Below are positions 40,924-50,923 of a stretch of DNA of 64,000 nucleotides, one piece after another. The notes beneath the pieces are model-generated. The model saw only the letters and a program-made list of their open reading frames with translations, was not told the origin of the DNA and ran no database searches. How positions within the stretch are numbered: the first letter of the stretch is position 1; the number at the start of each line of letters is the position of its first letter. The DNA lies in assembly GCA_000002445.1 (NCBI GenBank), contig CM000208.1, positions 2,880,001 to 2,944,000 of the forward strand, given 5' to 3'. The DNA comes from Trypanosoma brucei. Taxonomy: Eukaryota. The position numbers and the translations under genes are program-made.

Positions 40924-41532
40924 TTAGGGGGATTCGGCAGCCACATCATGTTTTCCATCGGCCTGGTCGCGACCGTCTACTGAATGGGAAGAGTGACGAT
41001 CCGCCTCTGCAGTGCCGTCGGCCTGTTTCACGCGATCCGCATGACCTACACGGCAGTGCTCACCATATTGACAAGGTCGTCTCCCATCGTCTTCATGCAG
41101 GAAACGGCATGCATCGTAGAATTTACAATTCTTTTGGAGAAAAAAGCAGCAAGTTGTCTCTTTCTCCCAGCGCCTCTGTGTTTCCAATGACCCACCAACA
41201 AACGGCTTCTTTTTTCGTGCGCGAAGACCGAACCCACCGCGACCACGGTCACCGGTAGTGCCTCCCACGTAGGCACCACGTCCGTAGCCTCCACCACCAC
41301 GCCCACCGTTGTAGGGAGCCCTCCCACGGCCCATGTGCCCCAGAACGGTATTTTGAAATCCCTGGAAGTGCACCGGGTTGTAAGCCCCCTGGGGGTACGA
41401 ATGGTAGTAACCCCCCTGCGGGTAGTGCGTTGGGGCGTGATACTGTTGAGGCGGGTAGCCCACATGGCTATAGGTGTTGTATCCACCGTATCCTCGGTTG
41501 GGTACAAGTTGCGTTTGACCAAATGGTTGCAT
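40924..41532 (-). CDS. CCCH-type zinc-finger RNA-binding protein with an N-terminal Tyr/Gly/Gln/Pro-rich region and an RGG/GYGRG low-complexity region. The ORF-track start at 41574 is TTG; the ATG is at 41532.
   Basis: CCFFLQKNCKFYDACRFLH fits C-x7-C-x5-C-x3-H, and a second partial finger is PCQYGEHCRVGH. The low-complexity N-terminus includes GYGGYNTYSHVGYPPQQYH...RGGGGYGRGAYVGG. From unverified memory only: the gene order relative to GCS is reminiscent of T. brucei ZC3H34. Confidence 0.65.
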   Translation of the reverse strand: MQPFGQTQLVPNRGYGGYNTYSHVGYPPQQYHAPTHYPQGGYYHSYPQGAYNPVHFQGFQNTVLGHMGRGRAPYNGGRGGGGYGRGAYVGGTTGDRGRGGFGLRARKKKPFVGGSLETQRRWEKETTCCFFLQKNCKFYDACRFLHEDDGRRPCQYGEHCRVGHADRVKQADGTAEADRHSSHSVDGRDQADGKHDVAAESP

Positions 41533-41862
41533 TCCCACAGGTAGAAGATCAATGCGCGTACGAGTGCTATTCAAAGGCGAGTGAACCCGCAGAAGAAAGA
41601 AGAGAGGAAGTGAGGGAAGAGAATGTGGAAATGTAGACGAATGGTTAGCGAATTATGTGCTTCACATTTTGCTGTCGGCACCCTCTCCTGCTTAAAGCGG
41701 GCAAAGAGGTTGGGGGCAAAAAAAATGAACGCAAGTACCGTAAGGATGAAGTCGAACGAACGTTACACACCGTAGCGTTCGCACACATAATGTACACTGG
41801 CACCTTAACCGACTGTTACATACCATTCCGCGGTGATCACTGTCCGCCTCCTGAAGAAGAAA

Positions 41863-44574
41863 TTAGATGTCCTCCTTAACAGTGCAGTCCAGTGATAGAT
41901 GCGGTAAACCGCAAACAGAACATTCGGGTGCCATTTGCAAACCATTTTCACAGTTAGGACACAGCAGCACGTCGGTGGGAAGATTATCGCTCCCGCAAGA
42001 GGCACAAACCCACGGAAGGAAGCGCGCCCTGCACTCATACTGACTTCGCGCCCGCGCTTCCCTACACGAAATGCAGTGGTCCGACCAACTATAATTCCAC
42101 TGCCCACAAACGTGCGTCCCCGTCACAGCAGTGGCGGGAGTTGTTTCGCGAAGGCATCTCCATACATACACGTCAGCTGCCGCAACATCCTCCCGTGGCG
42201 CGCGGCACGACGTGCACTGAAAACCAATCTGTGCAGGTTTCTGCCCACAGTGACTGCAGCAAAACGGTCTGAGTTCATCGTAACAAAGGCGTGTGTGGCA
42301 AACGTTGCAGCACTCCTCCGAGAGCATGCTTTCACGCGTGTACCCCACACCACACCTGTGGCAATGGCGAGGGAGAAATGGGGAGCAAAGTACATTACAA
42401 TCTCGGGGATGAACATTGCCACAACGCTCACACACAATCAAACGTAGTTTTGAGTTGTGCAGCGGAACCTCAATCGCTTTTTGGCATGTTGACACGATGC
42501 TGCAGCATGCACAAGTGTAAGCGCCGCGGTGCAACAGAGAGCAACTCTCGCAACTCGTCCGACAGGGATGGTTCCGCCCGCCACACCCGCACACCCACGG
42601 CTGCAACGGGGTCACAATGCAGCCCACCTTTCGTTTTCCGGGGCAATGCTGGCATTTCGACCAAGCCGAATGATTAAACTCACCACAAGCATCACAGTGC
42701 CAAAGCAAAGAACTCTTTGCCTCGTTGGCTGCATAGCAAGTGGGGCAGCACAGTGCTTGCTTACTGTATAAGCAACCACAGGAGGGGCATTCCCTCGTCG
42801 CTTGCTTCTCGCGATCTATTTCCCCACACTTGCCACATTCACCTGTGGGAGGTAATATCTCTCCGCAGCCCTCACAAACTCCGACATCCATCAACTCCGC
42901 CTCTCGCATCCTCGGGTGTGGTGAACCGCAGTTGCAAACCGTCTCAACGACCCTGCCGCTGTGCCGGGCGCCACAAACCCCACAAGTCCACGAAATATTC
43001 CCTTGTCGAAGGCAGGTTAAGCACCTCTGTGCGCAAGAGGGGAGTTGCGTACCACAACCGCAACGCCACCAAAACTGAGACCTTTCCATCACTTTGAAAT
43101 CTTCGAGTAGGCGCCGAACCATCGGATTATCACCCAGTCGTATCCCACTCAAACACCTCGAAGGAAAGTAGTCAGCCTGGAGGTTAGCAGTTATGTTCTG
43201 CACAATGGAACAACCAAGTTCACCGTGGGCCTTCCATATCTCGCTCATGATGGGAATAAGGCTGTCTATAACCCACAGAAAGTTGATACTTGGGTGCTCC
43301 TTCAGAAATCGATAGAATTCAGATACAGCAGTGGCCGTTTCCTTGAGGGAACGAACCCCAACAACGCTGACCAAAAGACGAACAACTTGAGAAAAGGCAG
43401 ACTTGTCCACGATAACCGGGTGTCCCAGGGAAGCACACACGTGATACGCTTCAACCACCCTTATGTACACCATGGATTGAGGCTTCAGTGTTATGGCGCC
43501 CTTGAAAAAGATAACCCAAACCGACTGCAAATTGGATTGGCAACTTCCGTAAAGACGAACCGCGAGAGTTGTTACCGCAACTATTTTACGCCAGATTCTG
43601 GCGTCATCACCACCGTCGTCGGCCTCCCCTGTCGCCCCTGCATCCACTAAGCTCCCAACGCAGCGAAGAAGGTACGACAGTGGAAGTTTGGTCTCAAGGG
43701 CTGGAATTTTTGCAAGAAGCTCATCGTGCAGAGACATTAGAGCCTCCCCCCGCCACTGTCGCATGTAAATCCGGCTCAGCTTGTTCAGTATAGGCGTCCA
43801 ACGAACTGACAAGTAGTCAAATGAGTCACCTATTTTACCAATGATGCAGCGAAGGATGGCGTCCATTTCATCGAAATGGTGAGATGTAAAGAAGTTGTCG
43901 CTCGACAACAATCCCTCTACACATGCACAAAACAACCCCTTGCTTATTCCTTCATCACTGCTACATCTTTCCAACTCACGACGAACAACACATTCAAGCA
44001 GAGTCGGGATTGCAGGCACTGACAGCAGCAACTGAACTATGTGGAGTGGAACAGGGCCACGAAACTCCTCTAACTCGGACGAGATTGTCGCGAACTGCTT
44101 TCCGCCATCGTCATTAGTTGAGGCCCATGCGGCATTCAGGAACGAAACCACCAGCTGAATACACCTTGTGTCACGATGTGGGCGAACAGCCGGGCACGAT
44201 GCGCCAAAACACCGTAATGTAAGTTGTGCATATCGACAGCCAGCAACAGATGTACCACCAAAAAGGTTTGCCTCATGTGCTGTCATAAAGGCGCCATCAG
44301 TTTTCAACGCCAATAGCAACAATGGAAGGCGCACATCGTCCGGAGAATGCGGTGCGCCTCCCGCCCACAGAGCAATCGCAGTAAAAGGATAAAAGCTATG
44401 CGACAGGCCCGTGATGCACACACCGCCATTTGCAAAATAATCACTTATGCCTCCCGAAATTTCTCGCTCAAACACCAGACGTTCCTCCATTTGAAACACT
44501 GACGATGACGGAAGGGTAAGTGCTTCTCTCGGTCGGCGCATCACTCTTTTTACTACAGGGCGCCATCTTCTCAT
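41863..44574 (-). CDS. Large protein with a helical N-terminal half and a C-terminal array of about 12 Cys4 modules, including at least 4 canonical RanBP2-type zinc fingers.
   Basis: WHCDACGEFNHSAWSKCQHC and WVCASCGSDNLPTDVLLCPNC match W-x-C-x2-C-x3-N-x6-C-x2-C. Further WxCxxC...CxxC units are WTCGVCGARHSG...CNCG and WVCGCGGRNHPCRTSCESC. About 70 cysteines lie in the last 450 aa. Confidence 0.65.
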   Translation of the reverse strand: MRRWRPVVKRVMRRPREALTLPSSSVFQMEERLVFEREISGGISDYFANGGVCITGLSHSFYPFTAIALWAGGAPHSPDDVRLPLLLLALKTDGAFMTAHEANLFGGTSVAGCRYAQLTLRCFGASCPAVRPHRDTRCIQLVVSFLNAAWASTNDDGGKQFATISSELEEFRGPVPLHIVQLLLSVPAIPTLLECVVRRELERCSSDEGISKGLFCACVEGLLSSDNFFTSHHFDEMDAILRCIIGKIGDSFDYLSVRWTPILNKLSRIYMRQWRGEALMSLHDELLAKIPALETKLPLSYLLRCVGSLVDAGATGEADDGGDDARIWRKIVAVTTLAVRLYGSCQSNLQSVWVIFFKGAITLKPQSMVYIRVVEAYHVCASLGHPVIVDKSAFSQVVRLLVSVVGVRSLKETATAVSEFYRFLKEHPSINFLWVIDSLIPIMSEIWKAHGELGCSIVQNITANLQADYFPSRCLSGIRLGDNPMVRRLLEDFKVMERSQFWWRCGCGTQLPSCAQRCLTCLRQGNISWTCGVCGARHSGRVVETVCNCGSPHPRMREAELMDVGVCEGCGEILPPTGECGKCGEIDREKQATRECPSCGCLYSKQALCCPTCYAANEAKSSLLWHCDACGEFNHSAWSKCQHCPGKRKVGCIVTPLQPWVCGCGGRNHPCRTSCESCSLLHRGAYTCACCSIVSTCQKAIEVPLHNSKLRLIVCERCGNVHPRDCNVLCSPFLPRHCHRCGVGYTRESMLSEECCNVCHTRLCYDELRPFCCSHCGQKPAQIGFQCTSCRAPREDVAAADVYVWRCLRETTPATAVTGTHVCGQWNYSWSDHCISCREARARSQYECRARFLPWVCASCGSDNLPTDVLLCPNCENGLQMAPECSVCGLPHLSLDCTVKEDI

Positions 44575-44880
44575 TTAGCACCTTGAATAGTAGGAAGGGG
44601 GTTTACAGAGTGAAATGTGCCTGCATAACAACTGTAGGGTGTACAAATCGTCACAAAACCAAAACCAAAAACACTCAACAAATGGCATAGCGGAGCACTC
44701 GTGTTGTTCACTTGTATTATTACCTTCATTTTACCGCAAAAAAAAAACTGCAGCATACAGAGCCGCCACCAGGGAAAAAAATAGTTGTACTGACAAGAAT
44801 ACTGGGTGTAAGCAACGAACAACAGCTTCCACCGAGAGGTATGCAACAGAGTGGAAATAATAAGGCGCACAATTGAATAA

Positions 44881-45678
44881 TTATTTTTCACTACTCTGTT
44901 GGAAAAACTTTTTACTCACTTCGACCAACGAAGCCGCCCCTTCCACACTGCCAGTCGCAGTGTAATCCGTGGAGAGCACTTTCGAAATATAAGGATCTAA
45001 GGTGCTGCAACTTCTTTCTTCATCATATCCTCTTACGCGCACCCGCTCGAGGGTACCGGAGTCAATCGCCTCTAGCAACGCATGAAGGGACGGGAAGGCG
45101 CTCTTAATGATGGAGGCACGGTGTTCGGAAACCGTAGCAATTTCAGAAAGCATGTCAAGGTACAATGTGTCGAAATCCGTAGGGTCGCACTTACGCCGTC
45201 CATCCATGCGGACCAGATTCTGGCCGACTTTTGGGTCCTTAGTAGCTTTCATACCGTGGGCCACGACGATTTCGTCAGAACGCTCAACAGATGATGCGAA
45301 GTCGATTCCAACCAAAACATCCAGCAAGTGGGGGTCGGTGCATAACTGCGCCACACCCGTCCAGAAGGGGGGACACCTCGGCCCTGTTGGGTAGCCAATA
45401 ACAACAATGTATATGGGACAAGCGGTTGCACGATGTGCCGCCTTCAAATAGTCATGCGCACAATCACTTCGGAAGAGCAACTGCAAGTCACTGCACGTAA
45501 TAAGAAGGAGTAACAGATAGGGGTTTCCATCTCTTTCCACAACCACCGTGTTTGGTACAGCGTTATGCCTTTTGTTGACAACAAGAGAAGTGACACCGCC
45601 CTGGCCCGAAGCTACAATGCGTGAAACCGCCTCGAAAAGATCATCACACGTGCTATCAACAGTTAGCGCCACGCGCAT
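44881..45678 (-). CDS. Hypothetical protein.
   Basis: A 265-codon ORF with an ATG start on the sense strand of the transcription unit. No confidently recognisable domain. Confidence 0.5.
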   Translation of the reverse strand: MRVALTVDSTCDDLFEAVSRIVASGQGGVTSLVVNKRHNAVPNTVVVERDGNPYLLLLLITCSDLQLLFRSDCAHDYLKAAHRATACPIYIVVIGYPTGPRCPPFWTGVAQLCTDPHLLDVLVGIDFASSVERSDEIVVAHGMKATKDPKVGQNLVRMDGRRKCDPTDFDTLYLDMLSEIATVSEHRASIIKSAFPSLHALLEAIDSGTLERVRVRGYDEERSCSTLDPYISKVLSTDYTATGSVEGAASLVEVSKKFFQQSSEK

Positions 45679-47334
45679 CTAGTTTCTGCACCTCCTCCCC
45701 TATGTCCTCACCTCTTCCTTTCCCTAAACCGTCGGGGGCGATAGAAACAAGCACTTCAAGGCGAGTTAGGAGTTACAAAGCCAGTGGTGCAGTTAAATGT
45801 TGTTGCAGAACCTCGAGGACAAACAGCCAGAAGAAGTTACATAAACAGTTCATCACGCACCACTAACATACCACCCGATACCACTCGTTCGTTCCAGTAA
45901 GTAGTAATGACAACAATATAAAAAAGGGGGTATGCAAATAAGAGAAAGACATTGGTAACAAAACGCGTGCAGCTACGAAAACAAGTATAGGTATGTTGAA
46001 AATAAGAAAGTGGAAAATATACGGGGCCACGTGGTCACCACTAACCACCCGCCGAGTTTACACATGTCCGCCGTTCGAAAGAACTAAAACAACATGGCAG
46101 CGAGGGCACGCACCAACGTGGAAGACCTCCTCCACGAAAAGCCGCTCACTTCTAAACCATACATATTTGCCACCTCCCGATACACCTCACGCACAACAGA
46201 ATTTTCACAACAACAAAAACGCACACACCAGTTTAAGGGAGGAAGGAAGAAAGGGGGTGGATCGCAAACTGCAGAGACCAGTGACCGACAGCAGTGTTTG
46301 GACACCATTTAAGCATCTCCAGTGCCATGAATTGTGCACAAATCCCTTGGTGTCGAACAATCCATCAGAAAAGGAACACCCTGAAGGTGCTGGAGCGTCT
46401 CGCAGTTCACGTATATGTGCTTACGTGCGTCATGAAGGTCGCTCAGCTCCTGATGTAAATATACATACCGCACAATAAAACAGAACAAGAATATCCACAC
46501 CACAAAAACATCACTAGGGGGTGTAACACAATATGTAAAAAAGGCAACGTATAACGTTGAGGCACTCTCGCATCATCCCCACAATAGCCACCCACCAAAA
46601 TCCCTGATTTCATCGCAAATATCGACTTTGGCTTTGCGCCGAAGGGGGCAACACACAACTGAGAGACCGAACGTACACGAAAGACCGGTGAGAACGAAGA
46701 ATTATAAGTGGTAAGAAAAATGAAAAAATGAAGGAAGACGGAGGGAGTCGAGACGAGGCGAGGTGAGGTGGAGATAAAAATCATTTGTTGCTGTGCCGGA
46801 GGAATCCCCTTTCCCCCGAAACGGTCTGACGCCACTGAATCCCTTACTTCGGGTACAACATTTAGATCCTTTTGGCGTCAAATAGAACAAAACACCTGGT
46901 ATGCAACGTAGAGCTTCCAAATAAAACTAACGAGATAAGCGTACTCTTCTCCATGTTACCTATGCACGCATTTCCCCATCTACAATTCCTCCCGCAGCGT
47001 GCTATGCCAGGAAACACGGCACCCAAACAAAACACGGACGACAGCAGCGAATAATGATGAAATACTCATAATATACTTCTTTGCGTGGAAAAAAAAAAAC
47101 ACGCTTCCCCAAGTTCCCAGAAGACCATCTCTGTTCGTTCACGAAATCCAACCACCTGGCTGTTATTGTTGCCGCCCCTTGCCAATTTATTTTTTTTCTT
47201 CTCTTGTATCCCCTCCAAATTCCCCCTTCCTATCATGTGGTACACCTGCTTGCTTTTTATCGTACCAAAGACCTCACATACGCAAACACATAAACCCACT
47301 CCCACAAATTTGAGCTTATATTTCAGTCACACGA

Positions 47335-47847
47335 TCAAATGTTGTTGGTATCGGAAAGCATTTGCAGCGCTTGCTTCACGTTAGCTTCCGTCAATCCAGT
47401 TGTCGCATTCGTGACGATGGCGTGCCGCGCGAAGAAGTTGCGATCAGGGGCGCTGAGTGGTAAGTTAATATCGTCCAGAGCAACGAAGTTGACAATATTG
47501 TACTTTCTTTTGTTAGAATCAATCCACGACAGTATTTCCACAGACCTTGGTTTATCCGGAAGCGTCGGGGTGCAGTCGATGAAAACTGGCATGCCAAACT
47601 GGGTGAGCTGACGGGCCACTTCTTTCCGCCCAAAATCTGTTGTGCGCCACGAGCTGCTCAACACAATTTGCGCTCCCGACCCGTTTATTATATCAGCGAG
47701 GAACTTCATCTGCCTTGGGGCAAACAGCGGCCCCCCAAAGGGTGACACAACGCCATCACAGTCAAGGAACACAATTTTAAGGGGTGCGTTGTTGAAGGGC
47801 ACAGCGTTTGTGGCCGTGTTTCCGGATTTTGCTTTTGTTGCTTTCAT
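47335..47847 (-). CDS. Small HAD-superfamily hydrolase (phosphatase-like). The ORF-track start at 48093 is TTG and runs through a polyY tract; the first ATG is at 47847.
   Basis: KIVFLDCDGVVSPF is HAD motif I (DxDG), IVLSSSWR is motif II (S/T), and the late acidic motif is ALDDINL. Confidence 0.55.
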   Translation of the reverse strand: MKATKAKSGNTATNAVPFNNAPLKIVFLDCDGVVSPFGGPLFAPRQMKFLADIINGSGAQIVLSSSWRTTDFGRKEVARQLTQFGMPVFIDCTPTLPDKPRSVEILSWIDSNKRKYNIVNFVALDDINLPLSAPDRNFFARHAIVTNATTGLTEANVKQALQMLSDTNNI

Positions 47848-48650
47848 GTCGCGGTTTACACTATTTAAAAAAAAATAATAAATAATAAATAAATGACAGA
47901 AGCGCTGGAGAAGATCAAACCAACGGAGATGTGTGAAGGAGGAAGGCGGAAGGTGTTCCTGGAAAATAATATGGGTGCTAGGAAGGTAAATAACTAAACG
48001 GAAGCAAACACACGAGTAGAAACTACACGAGAGGTTGCTGCGTATGTATATCCCTTTACTTCTGGCGGTCCCTTTTAATGGGAATATCACCAAAGCGGGA
48101 TTTCAACAAAGTGAAAAAAATTAAGGAGGGCAAAAAAAAAAGTTAAAGGTTAAAATAATGGTGACAGAACGGAAAAGGGGTTTAAACGCTAAGAATTGTG
48201 CTATCCTGTTTGCCCTTGTCAGGAAGCAGTCATGTTCTACCTTTCGTGCGCTCCGTTCTCGTTGAACAGTTTCACATATTAAAAAAAAAGTAAAACCAGA
48301 AGCAGAATTTTGAATATAAAAAAACTGATGAAAAGGTACATGGGTGTGTTAGTTTAGGTATATATAAAAGCTTGGGTGGGAGCAGGCGCATCGATGGATG
48401 CAACTGCCTCCCTGTAACAGTGTTACTACGTTAAAATTCCAGTAGGATGCCCCAAAATTCGATGACTGCGGCACTAGGATGGGGTTGAACGTAAAAGTGT
48501 GACTAAGCGATCTGCTACTCAACCGCAGCGACCCGTCCCCCAAACGCCGTAGGCACTCTCGCTCGTTTTACCGTAACCACCGGGTAGCTTTTACCCCAGT
48601 AATGTTTTTCCTTCGCCATTACCCCCTTTATTTAATGCGAATCCACCCTT

Positions 48651-50690
48651 TCACCCTTCGCGTTGTCTTTTACTCCCCAATGTATAAGCACCAATCATCG
48701 ACTCGCTCGCATTACCACCGCACGCGAGCTGATGAACGTGGTTAACCACATCATGGGCAATCTGTTCTGTCAATCGCGAATCTTCCCTGTAGTCAGGGTG
48801 CTTCTTAACAAAGTTCCTCAAGTACTGCGCCGCTGTTGGTATCTCCCCACACGCTCGTTTAGAAATAAAGTTTAAGTAGCCCTCGACCACATCGCTTTGA
48901 ATGTTTTCCTCCTCTAGGTACCGACGAACAAGTGGAATTAGGCCATAGTACTCACCAGGCTTTCCATTGATAACTTCCCCAACAGTGAGCTCACAGTTTT
49001 CGCTGGGATCAGTAGTTACTTTGGATGCGAATATGTCACGCCTCATGATATAATGCTGCTGGCACGGGTTGATGTTGTGCGCACGGCCCATATTTTCATC
49101 AACAATGCTTAATTTTGTGTAAAAAACGGCACCAAACCTCATAATGGCACGCGTAAGTAACACAACGAAAACAGAGTATGCTGCGTTTTCAAATGGTGTT
49201 GGCATCACGTCCATTACACGAAACTCCACACGCCACCCAAGCGTGCTGTCAAGCACGGGAAGTTTCAAACGAACAGTTTGCCAATTTGTGCTTTGAATAT
49301 TTTCAAAGTGGTCCACGTGTGTGTGGTCGTCTATGTCTATCATCTGGTCGTAGATGACAAGAGGGTCTCGAATGAAGAGATGCGCAATATGTGTGGCCAA
49401 ACGGGAGTCCACACCTTCCCTAGTGAGTAAATTGTAATAAGAGTCGTTTATCCTGAGCACCTCGTCGTTGAACTCCTCCAGGTTTGGCGTCAATGAACTG
49501 ACAAATACAGAAATTGAGTCATAACGCGACTTGATAATGTGCGGCACCTCCTCATACTTGCGGTCATCAACGGAGGCGGTGATCGTCAACCAGCGAACGT
49601 CCGACTCGCAGAGAATGCCCTTTTGAAACGGGGTTGCTGAGCTTAAGGCAAGAAATAAAGGGCATAATATCCCCAGTTGGTCGTATATATGACGCGCCTG
49701 CGCTTCATTAGGAAGCTGCATGGTAAGCTGAAGGCAGTTGCAGCCCATCCCAAAGGCCATACAATCCATGTAAATGCAAGGGTGGTTTACAGATGGAACG
49801 GGACAGGGGCAAGCCTGGTACCGCTGCTTCACTCGCTCCGCCTGAAGGTTTTGAAAGTATTGAGCATAGTAGTAGTGCGTAACAGGCGTGTAAAGATGTG
49901 TCATATTCGTTACTGCTTCATTTTCTAGAGGAACGCGTTTCGGAGTGATGGTATCACATGAAAATTTCTTTCCCTTCGAACTAGTCTTCTCACCCGAAAA
50001 CGTACAAACAATTTCAACGTTACGGGGATGTAGATCAATATTTACACGCGGGTCTACCGTCCTCTCCATGGTGTACCTGTCAATAAACATCGGTACCTGA
50101 ATGCAAACCTTTCGTCCACGGCGTAGACGAATATTGTTCGTGAGAGCCTTGAAACGAGGATGAGAATCATTGATACACGCATCCGGTACGAAAAGAGACT
50201 GGGAGCACGGTGATTCGGTTTCCGTTGACGTGGTGAAACCACCAACACCCATCAATGGAAACGTGACCAACGTAACAGCGAATGTGTTGTCACCAGCGGC
50301 AGCGTCCAACATGTGGTAACGCCGCCGCATGTTTACTTCCACAGAACACAATGAATCCACATTCGACGAGTATGGCTTGCCGGGGAGGCTCTCGACCATA
50401 AAACTCCCATATTCTGGGCGCCATTCTGCAGTACTCTCGCCGCTGCTTTGACTAAGGCGTTTGATAACGTCCGCAGCGTTAAGCGATAGTTTGACTTTGC
50501 GGCTCTCAAGGCGCACGAGCTGGTGTTCAATTTCGTCTCCCCATAGAAACGGGAAATCAGGTAGCTCCTTCTGTTTGTTGTACACCCACAGAAACTGTTG
50601 AATGCCATGTGCTGACACGTACTCTTTGGCACGATTGTTTTCCTCTGTACCCCACTGCAGAGGCTGGCCGCCAGTGGTTAGAAGACCCAT
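48651..50690 (-). CDS. GSH1: Gamma-glutamylcysteine synthetase (glutamate-cysteine ligase catalytic subunit), the first step of glutathione/trypanothione synthesis.
   Basis: It is 679 aa. MAFGMGCNCLQLTMQ and RWLTITASVDDRKYEE match eukaryotic GCLC signature blocks. Length and architecture are those of trypanosomatid gamma-GCS. Confidence 0.9.
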   Translation of the reverse strand: MGLLTTGGQPLQWGTEENNRAKEYVSAHGIQQFLWVYNKQKELPDFPFLWGDEIEHQLVRLESRKVKLSLNAADVIKRLSQSSGESTAEWRPEYGSFMVESLPGKPYSSNVDSLCSVEVNMRRRYHMLDAAAGDNTFAVTLVTFPLMGVGGFTTSTETESPCSQSLFVPDACINDSHPRFKALTNNIRLRRGRKVCIQVPMFIDRYTMERTVDPRVNIDLHPRNVEIVCTFSGEKTSSKGKKFSCDTITPKRVPLENEAVTNMTHLYTPVTHYYYAQYFQNLQAERVKQRYQACPCPVPSVNHPCIYMDCMAFGMGCNCLQLTMQLPNEAQARHIYDQLGILCPLFLALSSATPFQKGILCESDVRWLTITASVDDRKYEEVPHIIKSRYDSISVFVSSLTPNLEEFNDEVLRINDSYYNLLTREGVDSRLATHIAHLFIRDPLVIYDQMIDIDDHTHVDHFENIQSTNWQTVRLKLPVLDSTLGWRVEFRVMDVMPTPFENAAYSVFVVLLTRAIMRFGAVFYTKLSIVDENMGRAHNINPCQQHYIMRRDIFASKVTTDPSENCELTVGEVINGKPGEYYGLIPLVRRYLEEENIQSDVVEGYLNFISKRACGEIPTAAQYLRNFVKKHPDYREDSRLTEQIAHDVVNHVHQLACGGNASESMIGAYTLGSKRQREG

Positions 50691-50923
50691 CCCTTAATCC
50701 TGCCTTCCACTATTACTAAACACGGATTCACTCCAGGATTCCCTAATGTTGAAACGGCACAAGAAGGCATCAGAATGAAGTATGTATGATGAAAAGAAAT
50801 GCAAATTTTCGCCTCCAGCAACAAGGAATAAACTCCCCAAGTGTAAAAAAGAAAAGGAGAGTACGAAAAAAAAACATGAAAAAATACATCGAAAGAAGAG
50901 TACATTGCCAACTCAACCGAGTC

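Noticed and set aside
45679-47334. A missing gene in the 1.65 kb gap. The + strand 161-aa ORF at 45993-46478 and the - strand ORFs at 46443-46835 were considered.
   Set aside because: All translate to low-complexity junk. The + strand ORF is antisense to the transcription unit. The region looks like an A/G-rich 3' UTR plus polyY intergenic sequence.
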